Source of the DNA: a virus | Lineage: Duplodnaviria > Caudoviricetes | Reading direction: 5' to 3' (one strand) | Length of the DNA stretch: 64,000 nucleotides | IMG/VR virus record: IMGVR_UViG_3300021400_000239 | Span: 232-64,231 of that record | Shown here: in pieces, positions 22,201 to 35,579 of the stretch | How positions within the stretch are numbered: position 1 is the first letter of the stretch | Layout: each line of letters opens with the position of its first letter | Notes under the pieces: generated by a model | What the model was told of the DNA's origin: nothing | Databases searched by the model: none | Seen by the model: only the letters and a program-made list of their open reading frames with translations | Position numbers and translations under genes: made by a program

Positions 22201-25200
22201 CTTTAAGTTACATACATTGATTTCTTCAAGTAATACACATGCATTTAATCCATCAATATCGGCTGTAGAAGTATTAGAAAATCCTTCTACACTAGAACCA
22301 ATAATTAATTTCTTTAAATTTACGGCGTTACCAATCTTTAACTAATAAGGATGGAAACGTGATAAGTCACCAATATCATTTAATACAGATGCACCATAAA
22401 TTTCAATACCGTCTGTATTGCCCATATCACCAATATTCTTAATATGGCAAGGTACAAATTCTGGAATCCAATTATCATTTACTGGCACCCAAGTATCAGT
22501 AGTGCTATTATACATCTCATATGCACGGCGAGTAACTTTAGAAACATCATTTAAATCTCCGAATTGTACTCCATGATAAAGTTTCTAATTCGCAGTTAAA
22601 GTGATGACTGCATTATCATGATTAACGACGGTACCCGCGCGGAAAGTAATTTTATCTTGTTTAAACTCATTTCCGTCATACTTACTTGCCATTAGCATAG
22701 AACGTTGTTTCATGAAGGTGGCTTTCTAAGCGGTACGAGTACCACGTTGTAAGTACTTATATTTATCAGTACTTTGGGTTGGCGGGTCATTAGTATAATC
22801 AAGAAAACCTTCAGTCCAAGGTTTCTCATACTTTAAAATCATGTCTTGATTAGTTACTGCGGGAGATAGAGAGGCTAAGTTATCAATAATTTGCTGACGA
22901 TAGAATGTTGCGTAATTTAGACCAACTACACGATTGTATAAGGTCTTAGCCATTGCCTTTAATTCATCTTGGAAACAATCTTCTACCTATAGCCACAGAA
23001 TGGAGTCAAAACCTGCAAACTGTAACTTATTATAGAGACTATAATTCCAATCTGCATCATATCTTACCTTTAAATAACCTACGTTTTCTGCTCCAAAACA
23101 AGAGTCAAGGTCATATAATACTGGCGCCCAAATAGCAAAGTTAGAATGGCCTTCTCCTTGCTGCCAGTCAATGCTATTAATAATAGAATCTTTTACGAAT
23201 ACATGAGAAACATTGCCTAGTACCATATTTCCATTTGTATCAAATTGATAATTACCATTTTCATCCATAATAGGCTCTTGTCTTACACGAGTTTCTAAGT
23301 TAGAAGCCAGTGTCCACGGACCAGAGTTAGGATTGTTATTACCTTCAAAATAATATTCATCGCTATTAACAACCTTAATTCTTTCTTCTCCTGCATTATC
23401 AGTCCTCATATGAATATTCTTTACGCGGTTATCGCATAGAGCAGTATATTCCATAAATAGATAATAGATAAGAATATGATTAAAATTAAAGTGATTTCTA
23501 AACTCATTAATGAAGATATTTCTCTTATTATTTCTTATAGTAGTATCAGTTTCATACCAATAGTTTGCGCGATTGCCTAACCAAGAAGAAAGAATCTAGA
23601 AGTGATTATAATTTACATTTAGTTTAGGATTACTGGCGCCGCTATTTTCCTTCTTATATAAGTCTTGTGCATCGGCTAAGTCTCCTTCATCAGGATAAAT
23701 GCATTCTAAGCAACTTGCCGCAGCTGGTTTGCCATCAACAGTTTCAAATAAACCATCATGCTTAAAGAATAGTAAGCTATTCGTGTTATTACGGAAGTCC
23801 CACTTCTGACACATAGTATCATTGCCATCGTCGGTCCAAACTCCAGTAATATCTGTTTCTAAGCCAAATGTCTTGTGATTGCCCTTATCATTATTCAAGC
23901 AACCATCACCTACAAATTCAGGAATTCCATCTTCGCCATTCTTCTAAAATAATAAGCATTTAATACCATAAACGGTATACTATGTTTTCTCTGTCCATCT
24001 ATCAGATAGTTTATCTTCATCTGGATTATATAAAGTATTAGCAATGTTAGCATTGAAAGTATTTGCGTGGTCGGTAGACATATAATCTGCTTTCCAACAT
24101 AAAGTACTTTCTCCAATACCCGCAGAACCACGTAAAGCATATTTAACTTTATCGCTCTTAGTATAAGCTATTACCTTACGAGTTTCTGGATCATCACTAT
24201 CATATACTTCAGTACCTGGCTTACCTTTTGCAAGATATATCTTTAAGTTCTTAACTGGGAATTTCTGAGAAGAAGTACCCTGTACATTATTAGAAGAAGC
24301 ATAGCCATATCCGTTTGGATCAACTAATTTATCTTGTAAATCAAATTCAACTACATAACCCTCTGTAGTTTCTGTAGAAGGCTTTGTTAATAATAAACCA
24401 GATTCAGTTTTTCCTACTATTTCACCATCTTTTACACGGCCTACAACAGAAGGATAACCTTTATATGGTGCCATAGTTGGCACTGTTATACCATTAACTG
24501 TACCTTGGCCTGTTAATAATAGACAAGTATACTTTCTACGCGCTTTCTCATAGTCTACTAGACCTTGTGCATTTAGAATATCATTATCTTCTAAACGTAT
24601 TAATTTATCACGAGTTGCAACAGGAGCAACTTCATAGTTATGTAGAACTTGAGATTCAGTTAAACCGCGATTATATAGTTTAACGCTATACAATTTAATT
24701 AAACAAGAATCACTACCTATGGTAATTGTTGCATTAGTAGAGAAGCTATTACCATCAAGATTACCTGTTGAACTATTGCGATTATATGGACAAGAATTAG
24801 CGAATTCGCCATTTATATATATATTGGTAGATTGGTGATAATTACCGTCGGCAGCTTTATCTATTGCCCAAGGCTCAATAACAAATGTTAAATGAGTACG
24901 TGTGCCTGGATTTAAGTATGCCGCAGCGACATTTTCTTCATTCTTAATAAAGCCAGTCTCATCAATATCAATATTAGAACCGCTATTTAATAGATAACAA
25001 CTTTGTGGGGTAACGCGGAAACCAATATTATTTGAACTCATACAATCAATAATTGTTGCATTTAAGTTGGTAGTAGACAGAACCTCATAATCAATTTCAA
25101 TTGTCCGCCCAATTTGTGTAATATCTTGAACATTTGCATTTTCCTCAAACATAGTGCCATTATAGCTACTACTAAAGATTGGCACATTTATATCTACAGT

Positions 25201-28200
25201 AGCCCCACCACCAATCGTTAAGCATTTTCCATCTACATATCCATCAGTTGACCAGTTAAAGTTATTAAAATCTGTTTCAAAATTAATTGTCTAACCATTT
25301 ACTGCGGTATATGTATAAATATATGTATCTTTATCTGCTTGATTATTAGAACGTCCATAAGCATCATACTTATAGATTAAATTATTTTCTCCTGCTGGCT
25401 CTAGATTATAAGTAGTATTTAAATAAGCTACACTAACTTGCACAGTTTGGCTATTACTTAATTCGCCATGATATGCAGTCAATTTTACATATACAGTAAT
25501 AGGATCTGGCTCTTCATTTCCAGTTTTTATTACTTTTGGATAATTGAAAGTACTATAAGGCGGATCAACAAGTGTATTATTAACAACATTAGTCAGTTCG
25601 TCTATTTGAATAATATTCTTGTTTCCATTTTCCATTGTATATAATTCAATTTCAACTTTATCAGTAGTTTCACTACCAATTGTATTAACAGAATAATTTA
25701 CAATTAATTCATCGCCGTCAATAATAGAAGAATTCTATGCAGCAGCACCAATAAGAGGCTCACGTCTAGTATTATCAACATTATACAAAATATAATAATT
25801 AAGTATATTGGACTGTAAACCTGTATCTGTAATAAAATATATCTAAAAAGTATGCATTCCATTAGATTTCCCTACCATAGGAATAATCTATTGAAGTACT
25901 GTATTATGAGAAGTAGTTGTAATTGGTGTTACTACGTCAGTTCCGTCTACTAAGAAATGAACTGTCTTATTTATACCCTAACCAAAACAACGATAATTAA
26001 ATTGGAAATTACCAGTCTAAACAGCACCATAATTAAATGCTTCAGAGGCAATAGAAATATTTACTTTAGATACTGTATAAGTCTAATAACGCATTTCTTC
26101 CTTTTCTTCATCTTCAGGATGCGCAGAAATAGCTAAACGAAACTGCATTGTTTTATCTACTTCTAAGTATTTGGTAATATCTACTGTAAAATACGTATCG
26201 TTTTGAATTGTATAACGAAGTGCTTCCTACGCGGCTGGAACTTCAATGCGGTCACCCATATTCCAAGTAGTAGCGCCATATACACGATACTATAGTTGGC
26301 CTGTTGCAGTCGCGCCTGATATAAGATTATCTCCGCGCTTCATAACAACTTTTGCACGAATAATTACAGGATCGGTACTATTTGCTGGGATACTACGGAC
26401 TGCATCAGTAGTAGTTTCAATATATACTGTATAGGCTGTATTATTTCCGCCACCACCTATAATAGTGATAGGACTTAATGTTTCTCCATCAGTACGAGTA
26501 AACTATAAAGTCTAAGATATTAGTTTATTAGCATCTTGTGGATCATAATTAGGGGTATATGTAACATCTTTTAGTGCATAAAAACCAGCAAATACATTAT
26601 TTTCTGAATTTTCTACTGTATAACCTACTGGATTACCATAAGTATTAATAGAAATATTTTTGATTAAACCTTCTGGTAACACTTTAATATAATGACCATT
26701 TTCTTCATTATTTTCAGAAGGAATATAACGATAATGAATATATCCATCGGTAGAATTACCAATATAATAATCTACGTTAGCATCTGCGTTTTCAAGTTCT
26801 GGTAATGCAGCTAAAATCTAAGCAGAAGAAGTTCCTTCTCCTGATCCGCCACCGCTAATCAAATGCCAATCATTATTAATCCACTTATAATAAAAATACT
26901 TACCATCGTCATTTGGCCCTACTAAATAATCTTTAGTTTCATCACCGGTTTGTGGCAATATTGTGACAACTTCGGTAGCAGATTTAGGTTCTCTTTCTAA
27001 AGTTGTAACTCGCTCTATAAGTCCGCCTTTGTCATCTTGACCATTCGCGCCAACTGTATGACTAATGGCCGTTGCATTTGCATCCGCAATTGCCTTTGTT
27101 GCGGCCAAACCAGTACTTTCATGTCTAACCTCGTCTTCAAGACTAATTAAACGTTCAGTAAGTCCGCCCGCATCTTCATTTTCTGCTGGATGAGAAATTT
27201 TTGCTTCAATATCTGTAAAGCGAACATTCAAGGTATCGGCAGGTTCGCCTTCTTCTACAGTACGATGTGCTGCGCCAATTTCATTTTCAATATTATCAAT
27301 ACGAGTTTCTGCGCCAATAAGACGTCCGTTTTCATCTTGCCCCATAACAATTTCTTCTGCTAGAGCATGTACGTCGGCAGTCAAATCATCAATCTTAGTA
27401 TTAGTATCTTTAATACTATTAGTAGTTTCGTCTACCATTGCCAATTCGCCAGCAATAGTATTTATGTCATTACGAATTTGAGTTGCGGTAGATTCAATAC
27501 TATCTAATCTATTATCTAGCGTACCATAAATAGGTTCTCCGCTTTCTTCATCAGTACCTACTTGAGGACGAGCATCACTGATTTCAGTTTCAATCACGGT
27601 TAGTCTATTATCAAGAGCTGTATTTGCTGATTTATAGGCAAGATCGGTATTATCAATTAAGTCTTTTAACGCTTTACCTTGGCGAGCATCTAATACTTTA
27701 TCATCAGTCGCTTCCGGAGCAGGCACATAATCAAGAGCATTATAAATATTAGTCTTGTCAATTTTATAAGTATCAGCATGATTTTTAGCATTATTTTCTG
27801 CAGTATTGATTGCAGAAGCTACAGTTTTTTCGCTAGTGTAGGCTCCGCCAATCATATCGCGCAATTCTTTACCTTTATTAGCGCTTAATGGTAAATCTAT
27901 ATCTTCTGAAGTGAAATTATCGCGTACTAATTCTCTTGGAACATAAGTATTTTCAACATTTTTAATAGCAGAATCAATTGCCGAAAAACGTTTTGCTAAA
28001 GTATCTGGTCCTTCTGCGGCATCTAATATCCTATGTGCTGCATCAATTTCTGCCTACAACTTAATTAGCTAGGTTATTCTAGATGATAGAGAAATTCTAT
28101 TGCCTTCAGTATCTGTTCCGGTTGATGATAAAATTGTATCCATAACATTATTTAAATTACTAAGTTGATTATCAATTTGACTCATATGCTAAGATATAGT

Positions 28201-28737
28201 AGTATTAGCTTCACCGGTAATTGGATTTACGCCAACCGTTGCTGCAGATTTTATTTGTTCATCAAGAATATCTACAGTATTACTCATATTTTTTAAAACG
28301 GTAAAAACTGTATTCGTCTCAGTATAAATATCTTTATATGTATTTGTTTCTGCATCATAGATCTAACCTAAAGCTTTGCGTAAATTACTGATAAGACGTT
28401 CATTCTCATTAAAACGACCATCTAAGTTATTATACGCCGGAACATTAGCTGTTGTTGCTTCTGCTATAGCAGCCCAAGCTTTTCTTCCTTTTTCACTATC
28501 ATCGCTAATAGCGCTTATGTGAAGTGCAATACGATTATCAACTTGTTCCTAATTTAATTTAGTACCAAGACTGTTATTTAAAGTAGTAATAGTATTGCCC
28601 TAACCAGTAACAGTGTTATCCAACGATTTCAACGCATTTCTGTTTACTTCAACGCCTTCTTCCAACTTATTCATACGGTCTTCAGTAATCGGCATTGTTG
28701 GCGCCCACAGTGTTTTCTTATAATCGTCTAAAGCCAT
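19237..28737 (-). CDS. Giant (about 3166 aa) virion protein: coiled coil, LamG-like, CotH-kinase-like and LRR regions; TAG=Gln
   Basis: Eleven ORF-track fragments between 19294 and 27864 share one frame with ATG 28737 (GGAGG RBS) and TAA 19237. CotH-like motifs QGTSS...KNLK, WKADY, NNDK, DNRVKN, YDLDSCFG. Not every gap was checked codon by codon. Confidence 0.75.
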
Positions 28738-28854
28738 CTTATTTACCTCCTTTTTCTCAAAATAAAAAATGACGCCTTTTAAAGGCGTCGGACATTTTTC
28801 CTCAAATAAAAGAAGAAAGCGCTACACTGCTGTTTAACTTTTTATTTTCATCAA

Positions 28855-29283
28855 TTAAAAATTATTTAAATACTCAACCGCGTAGCCTTCTTCGGTGGAA
28901 TATACAATTGTGCGTATTCCAAGCTCTTTAATTGCCGCCATACAGGCAGCACAAGGTCTAGCAATTGCGCTATCTCCATTACGGTGTTCGCGCGCAATTA
29001 CCAATACTACCTTTGAAAAGTCTATATCTAAATACTTAATTTTAGTAAGCACACTCGTCTCTGCGTGGCATTTGGAAGGACAGTATGTTTTCAATTTCTT
29101 TGGGTCATAGCGCAAATGCCTATACTTTTCCTGCTGGGTATGCGTCTTATCCATATTACAACCTTTTGCCAGAACAGAACCATGATAGACAGCAACGCAT
29201 CCCAACTTAACCCTACTCGCGCCGCTATACGAAGCATTTTTCGCGCATTCACTAGCAATTTCCAAATAATGCTTGTAATTCAT
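28855..29283 (-). CDS. Zn-dependent cytidine/dCMP deaminase-fold protein
   Basis: CHAE...ARPCAAC zinc motif; start MNYKHYLE. Confidence 0.8.
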   Translation of the reverse strand: MNYKHYLEIASECAKNASYSGASRVKLGCVAVYHGSVLAKGCNMDKTHTQQEKYRHLRYDPKKLKTYCPSKCHAETSVLTKIKYLDIDFSKVVLVIAREHRNGDSAIARPCAACMAAIKELGIRTIVYSTEEGYAVEYLNNF

Positions 29284-29284
29284 A

Positions 29285-29437
29285 TTAAGATTTTTTACCT
29301 TTCCAATAGACTTCTGGCCTACAATGCTGTGGGTCAATATTTATAAAGTATTCTTTACAGTACTGACACCGAAATCTAAAAGAAAAATCATCATCAATCA
29401 TCACTCGTTTACAGTAAGGACAAACTACATGTTTCAT
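29285..29437 (-). CDS. Small zinc-ribbon protein (50 aa)
   Basis: CPYC...CQYC; sigmaA-type promoter at about 29460-29488. Confidence 0.5.
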   Translation of the reverse strand: MKHVVCPYCKRVMIDDDFSFRFRCQYCKEYFINIDPQHCRPEVYWKGKKS

Positions 29438-29484
29438 ATTCTCTCATCCTTTCTATAATATTATACTGGAAATTGCGGCAAAAG

Positions 29485-30102
29485 TCAAGCATTAAGTTCG
29501 GCTAAAATTTCATCTATTATGGACCTTATGTGAGAGAAGATGGCGTGCTTATCACGCACTAGGGTCGTATTAGGATAGTAGAAAGAGAGTATTTCTTTAT
29601 ACGAAATACCCTGCTTTGCGGCTGAAATCGCGCCTTTCTGGCTCATTCCCACACCGTGTCCGTTCTTTTTCTGACTTCCGTTCCACTTATCTTCGAGCGC
29701 AATTAGATATGGTTTGTCGCCGCCCCATACTTCTTTACTAGAATAGGTACGGCCGCCGTTTGCGTCGCAATAGACTGCGCTAATGGGCTTGCCATCGTAT
29801 GTTAATATTAGTCCCATTGTATCTTTGGCGGCTTGGGCGCAAGTAGAGTAGGAGATGCGGTTGGCGCGATATGCCTATGCGGCGCTCGCGCTATCGGAAA
29901 TTACTTTCCCCTTTAATACTCCGCGGGCAACCGCAAAGGTGCGTGCGGCAACGGCCTATGCTTTACATGCCTCTAATGGCGCGTTGCCTATCTCCGAGGC
30001 AATCACGCAAGCCACATAGTTTTCTATATCTACATCTACTACGGTGTCTTTCGCGCAAGAAAAGTATTTCATGTTCTCACTGGTTGTTATCTTCACTTTC
30101 AT
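29485..30102 (-). CDS. SpoIID/LytB-family peptidoglycan lytic enzyme, TAG=Gln
   Basis: 'YVACVIASE...EACKA*AVAARTF', 'SDSASAA*AY', 'GHGVGMSQKGA', 'YKEILSFYYP'. Confidence 0.85.
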
Positions 30103-31841
30103 TCTGCGTGTCCGCCTTTTTATTTAGTCGCGCCTGAACTCCATCAAACAGTTCGGCGCAGCGGCTAACCTGCTTTTCAATGTAAGCAAAGTATTTATCG
30201 GTAAGGTTGAAGAAATAGCGATAGTATTTCTCTTTCGCGCGCTGATAGGCAAGCTCGCGCCCATATTCCTCATTCCATTCATCCTCTGGCGCGCATTTAG
30301 CTTTCGCGCTAATGGAGGAAGGAAAGTAGTATTCATCGTAGGGATACGGAAATGGAAGAGCAATTTGATAGGCAGCCGTATTCTTTTCTATAAAACGCAC
30401 AAAGGTAAAGCGAGTATCTGGAATTACGCATACTACAATGCGCGCGTCCTTATCAACATAAAACTTACAATTTTTCTTACTTACTTCAACTTTCATAATT
30501 ATTCTCCTTTATGTATATTTTCCCATATTTTAAGTCGTTCTTCATCAACATGTATCATGTCTTGTATCATATCTTGCACTACTGGCGCGGACTTAATTTG
30601 CTCGGCATATTCTTTTTTAAGCTGTTCTACTTTTTCGTCGTGCTCAGAGCGCTTACAATTGTCATAATAAGTACCAATTTTTACCTTTTTAATTTCATGA
30701 CAGATACGGCAAACATAATACTCTATAATCTCAATGCGAGAATTATAAGACCCATCGTAACGGTCGTATCTGTCTTCAATAACCCACGGGAAGTCTTGCC
30801 ACAAGTGCCCGAACATTTCGCACGGAGTTTTAATTTTAATAGGCTCCGGCGCGGGCGCTTTCTTTTTCTTAAACAGTCCCATTATCACTCATCCGTCTGA
30901 TTTCTAATTTAATATTAGGCTCAGCAAAAAATTCGTCCATAAAACCGTGTATAAAGATACAGGCATTTTCAATATTCATGTGGGAAGCGATACATTGATG
31001 TTCGTCCCAGATTTCATATAAATTCTCATCCATTACTAAAACAACCCCATATTTCTTTGGCGCTAGGCATACAAGTATGCTCTTGCGTCATCTAGTGTAT
31101 CTAATAATTGAAAACAATCATTCGCGTCCTCATCTTCATCAATGCGAAGCGGCCGCATAAGTTTCCCGTTCTCATACGGATATTCCTTTATAGCCCAATC
31201 TTGCTAACGAAACTTAAATATATGGCGCGCGGAGGCTCGGTCAAAAGAGTCGTATTTATTATATACATCTATAATAAATTTAGTCATCGTCCCACGGGGC
31301 ATCTCCAATAGAAGCACCAGTCCAAGCGCGCCATTCTTTATTATAAGTGTAGATTTTTGCCCAGGCACTGGGGTGATTGGGATTAAAGGTAAGGTGTTCG
31401 CGCAACCATTTAATGCTATATCCTTCAACGCCATCAATATCTTTTACTTGAATATACAAATGTTCGTCTGGATTAGTGCTTTCGTCGGCAAGATAGTTGA
31501 GAAATACATTTTTAGGCAGCAAAGTGCTTTCGTAGGCAAGCTTATCTATAAGTTCTTTAAGTTCTCTAATAATTTCAGACTTAGTCATCGTAATAATTTT
31601 TCCTCTCTTCTGTTACTTCAAGTTCAGTGACGCCTTCGCGCGCGAGTTCCATACCAAGACGCACGGCATCAAGCCACTCATATGCGCTAACGAGGTCGCG
31701 CCCGATAATAGCATCTTCGGGGCATTCATTAAGATTATTTACACGATAATGGATACGTGGGTCTACTGGACTAGTAATGCTCTGAGAATATTCCGTCCAC
31801 TTATCCTCCATTATAGTGCTAATTGTAATAGGTAGTGTCAT
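30077..31841 (-). CDS. Run of short hypothetical genes (30077-30496, 30499-30888, 31033-31287 with TAG=Gln, 31280-31588, 31581-31841)
   Basis: Abutting or overlapping ORFs on one strand with RBSs; no recognised motifs. Confidence 0.55.
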
Positions 31842-32632
31842 TTTTCTTCACCTCTATGATATACAATGTTTTCAATATGCGCGCGGTCCTCATTGAAGCG
31901 GGGAATTTCCACATTAATAAACCATTTGTTGTTAGCGTCCTTTTCAATGGCGGCTCCGCGGCGAAAGGCGGTTGGATAGTCATTCCAATTGATGCCGTGC
32001 TCCGTAAAGAGTTTATTTTGAAGGTCATTACAGGAAAGACCAATTAGTTCCTTTTGCGAAAAATAGGTATGGGCTACTGACTGAATAGAATTGCGTTCGC
32101 AGTCGCGCTGACGCCAAAGGAAGTAGTTATTGACTTCCTCGCGCGGAAGCACAAAGGCGCGCGCATCAAAGGCCGCAATGCGCTTGTCAACATATGCTCT
32201 ATTCATTCCCATGGAGCCGAAATAGAAGCCACCGGGGTCTTCCCCGGGCAGGCCATGAAAGAAGAGACAGGAGAGGTTGCGGTTGAAGAAGAAGGTAGCC
32301 ATTGCGGCGGAAACGCTTACGATTTTCTGAAGGTTCTTACCAAACCAAGCCTGCGTTTCAATGCTGTCATCGTCCGTTAGGAGAAGACTAATTTCGTCAG
32401 ACTGGGTATAGGCGAACTTCGCGCCCATAATATTTTCGCAAAGGTCTTTTGCGGTTGCGCGCATACAGGCGAGAAAGCTTTCATCAAACGGGCGCTTGAA
32501 GTCCTTGGTGAAGCTGTGAAAATGGCAACCATCCAGTTAAAGACGAATGATACAAGGAAGGCGCCTTACTAGATATTTGCGTTCAACATTTTCGTATTCT
32601 TTCATACGGTCTCCTAAACTATCATTCTTCAT
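31838..32632 (-). CDS. thg1: tRNA-His guanylyltransferase (Thg1-like), interrupted by an in-frame TAA at 32537-32539
   Basis: MKNDSLGDRMKEYE...PCIIRL-stop-LDGCHFHSFTK; 'YTQSDEISL', 'FDARAF', 'YFLWRQRDCERNS'. Confidence 0.85.
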
Positions 32633-33599
32633 TTCTTATCACCACCTTTTTATTACTAAATTTATTTTTATTTGTATCTAAACCATATCGTTTTAAACAA
32701 TTAAGAATAGTTGTTCTATCTCGTTGAAAATAATTGGCAATTGTTCCTGGACTACATCCATCTTCATATGCCTAAATAATCTATTTTTCTATTTCTGGTT
32801 CATAGCGCAAAGGCTTTCTTTTATATTCCTATATATTCCACTTATGCTAATAGTCTTCTACCGGACATGGTCCTATATATTCTAAAAACTCTTTTACTTT
32901 AATACGAGGAATATATATTCTATATTTATTATATCCGTGTTCCATTAGTGTGGCTGAAAAATTAGAAAGCTGCGGTAATAGATATTTTTCAATATCTTCT
33001 TTGGTAAAAGAATCAGTACATAATAATATATAACCTGCAATTCTAGAACTCCGAGACAATTCACCGTCTCCTAAATACCATATTAAACATGTTAATGGAG
33101 TTAATATTAAATTCTTTGGCACTATTTTAATATTATTTTTGTACCACATGTTATATAGTTCAGTGAAAGTTGGATTTGTTATAGTTCTAAAGGAATAGTG
33201 AGAATACGATTTATCAGTGCGTTTATCGTATGTTTCTTCATATCTATAGTAAAATCCTGGTGATACATAGTCTTCTAGTTCTGTGCATACAGCACGCACA
33301 TGCTCCTTGCTTTTAGATGAATAAGAAAAATAAGCATTTAATCCATTTTTATGTTTTATAATGCTACCATCGCCGAGTAAAGCGCCATTCATAATTTCCT
33401 ATTGACGCTATGTAAGCTATATCGGTTTATTCGTCATCCAATCCTTATTGGTATGGCTAGGAATATTATACATTTTTAAATTACGCTTAATCGTATCTAC
33501 GCTTACATTAAAATAATCTGCGACTTTTTGCTATGATAAGTTTTCAATTATATACTTTTGATATAATTCTTCTCTTGGTAAATCAATCCTACTAGACAT
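32622..33599 (-). CDS. Free-standing LAGLIDADG homing endonuclease with HTH-like ends, TAG=Gln
   Basis: 'IMNGALLGDGS' and 'LIWYLGDGE' motifs; open from ATG 33599 to TGA 32622 apart from TAGs. Confidence 0.8.
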
Positions 33600-33601
33600 G
33601 T

Positions 33602-33802
33602 TTATTCCCCCATTGCTTTTATAAAGCTATTTGTAATATTTTGTAGGGTTGAAAATACTAAAGCTTCATTTTTATGAGTGATGCCCTTTTCATTTCGTAG
33701 CCATTTAGTTAATGTAGAAGGGCTAACTCCCATTTTTTCGGCAATAAAGGTAATTGACATTCCGTTATCAGCAAAAAACTAAAGCTTTTCTTTTACTGTC
33801 AT
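33602..33802 (-). CDS. Small XRE-type HTH protein, one TAG
   Basis: GMSITFIAEKMGVSPSTLTKWLRNE. Confidence 0.7.
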
Positions 33803-33873
33803 TTTCATCCCTCCAATAATATTGTAATTATAAAAGCAATAGATTTAAGAAAATTCTTCTCAAAAAAATTTTT

Positions 33874-35019
33874 TTACATAAGAAAAATTTCTAAAAAATC
33901 GGGTTCAATTTGTAATTCGCTAGCCAGAATATCCTCTGCCATTGTAATGCTTCCGGCCGCAAAGGCTTCCTGAAGCATATCTTCGGTTTCTTCAATTGCC
34001 TCATAGGCTTCGTTAATGGAGATTCCGTCGCGGCGCGCAATCATAGCAGCAAGTTCATCAAAATTGGTTGGCATCATATCAATTCCTTTCTTTTCTTACA
34101 CATATATTATACATTAAATTTGAAAAAAGTCAAACATTAGTCCCAAAGGGCATAGAAGTTTTTGGCTATCTGCGCGAAAGCCTCTTTCACATTCTCGTGC
34201 CCCTGCGCGTGAAGTTCTTTTGCGCGCGCCCAATACTTCTTATCAAGGTCGGATGGCTCCTGTGTAGTATATACTAGGTTGCCATTCTCGTCCTTAACGG
34301 GCGGCTTCCAATCATCCATTAGATGGCTCATATATTCGTCGTGGTATTCATTATGTGCCTCCTGCCATTCTTCGCTGCCGCTTTCTAGTAGGTCAGCCAT
34401 ATGACGAAGCCATTCTTCCCATTTTTCGGGAGTATCAAAATCATCGTCGCAGGGGTAGGCGCAACCTTTATCTGCGAGATAACGGAACATTGGGATTGTA
34501 GTTTTGAGGAACCAACCATACCAATTCCAGACATCAACATAAGTGTAGCCGTAGCGGGCGCGCCGATAGGTGTCGCGGCAATTGTGCCAAAAATCGTGAA
34601 ACCACTTCCAAGGATGGGTGAGGTAGTAGCGCTTTGAGTAAGGGAAAGTCCATACACTGTTTTTCATTTTAAGTCCTCCTTTATATTAAATATGGCGGTA
34701 TTTCATTCCATTCTGAATTCCATTTTCCTATTCTATCTGGATATTCAAAATCGTCATCAAATAAATAGCGAAATGTATCTTCACGATAGACTTGCGGCCA
34801 TCCAAGTTTGTCTCTTACAACATAATCTCCTTTATTTATTGCTAGTTCGTCCGCGGGAGCGCCACAATAGGAAAATCTTATTCTATTAATATTACTATCT
34901 ATTAAAATATTTTCCTCTCCAAGTCCTAAAAAATCTACAATTTCTTGCGTATTAGTGCCATCATACTGGATTGCCATAGCCTGTAATGGCCTTCTTTGTA
35001 CAAATTTTATCATAAACAT
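33874..35019 (-). CDS. Three hypothetical genes (33874-34077, 34137-34667, 34681-35019)
   Basis: ORFs with RBSs; sigmaA-type promoter at about 34105-34134. Confidence 0.55.
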
Positions 35020-35110
35020 CTCTCCTTTTATATTTTACGCCGCGGCGGCCCCTCGCCAGAGGGGCATCGCCGCATTATTTTGTTTTTATATTGTTATATT
35101 ATATTGTTAT

Positions 35111-35204
35111 GTGTCTATTCAACGGACACTTTTTATTAAAAATTGTGTCTATTCAGCAGACACATTTGTGTCTATTCAACGGACAGTGTCTGTTCAACAG
35201 ACAC
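35111..35204. repeat. Four 19-bp iteron-like quasi-palindromic repeats GTGTCT(A/G)TTCA(A/G)C(A/G)GACA(C/G)
   Basis: Copies start at 35111, 35145, 35168 and 35186, directly after the stop of 35209-35538. Confidence 0.85.
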
Positions 35205-35208
35205 ATTT

Positions 35209-35538
35209 TTATTCTAAAATTTTTTTATAGTTAATACAGATTTCTTTATATGGAACATAGGTTATATATCCTTGGTCGTGTAGCCATTGTCGTGTAGTAA
35301 CATAGGTAGAATGACTTAAAGCACAATACTGACATATTGTTTTTTCAGATGGGGTAAAGCCGCCATTTTGTTTTTGAAAAATTAAATATTGTAGTAATGC
35401 ACGCCGAGAGCCACACTTACCTTCTATTTTTTCATTAATTTTTTGAAACAATTTTGGATATATAATCCAACTTTGTTCTTCTTTATAATTGCTCTTTTCA
35501 CTGTCGCTAACAAGAGCAATAGCAGTGTTTTCTGCCAT
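35209..35538 (-). CDS. Winged-helix protein, replication-initiator-like
   Basis: 'FTPSEKTICQYCALSHSTYVTTRQWLHDQGYI' wHTH pattern; adjacent repeats. Confidence 0.55.
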   Translation of the reverse strand: MAENTAIALVSDSEKSNYKEEQSWIIYPKLFQKINEKIEGKCGSRRALLQYLIFQKQNGGFTPSEKTICQYCALSHSTYVTTRQWLHDQGYITYVPYKEICINYKKILE

Positions 35539-35579
35539 ATGATATCAACTCCGTGTAAATTAGTGTCATAAGTGTAATT

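Noticed and set aside
1-28737. Decayed prophage or pseudogenes
   Set aside because: The interruptions examined are all TAG, stay in frame and fall at Gln positions; no frameshifts were seen.
32622-33599. Group I intron or intein hosting the LAGLIDADG ORF
   Set aside because: The ORF has its own start and stop between two separate genes; no split host gene or intein terminal residues were seen.
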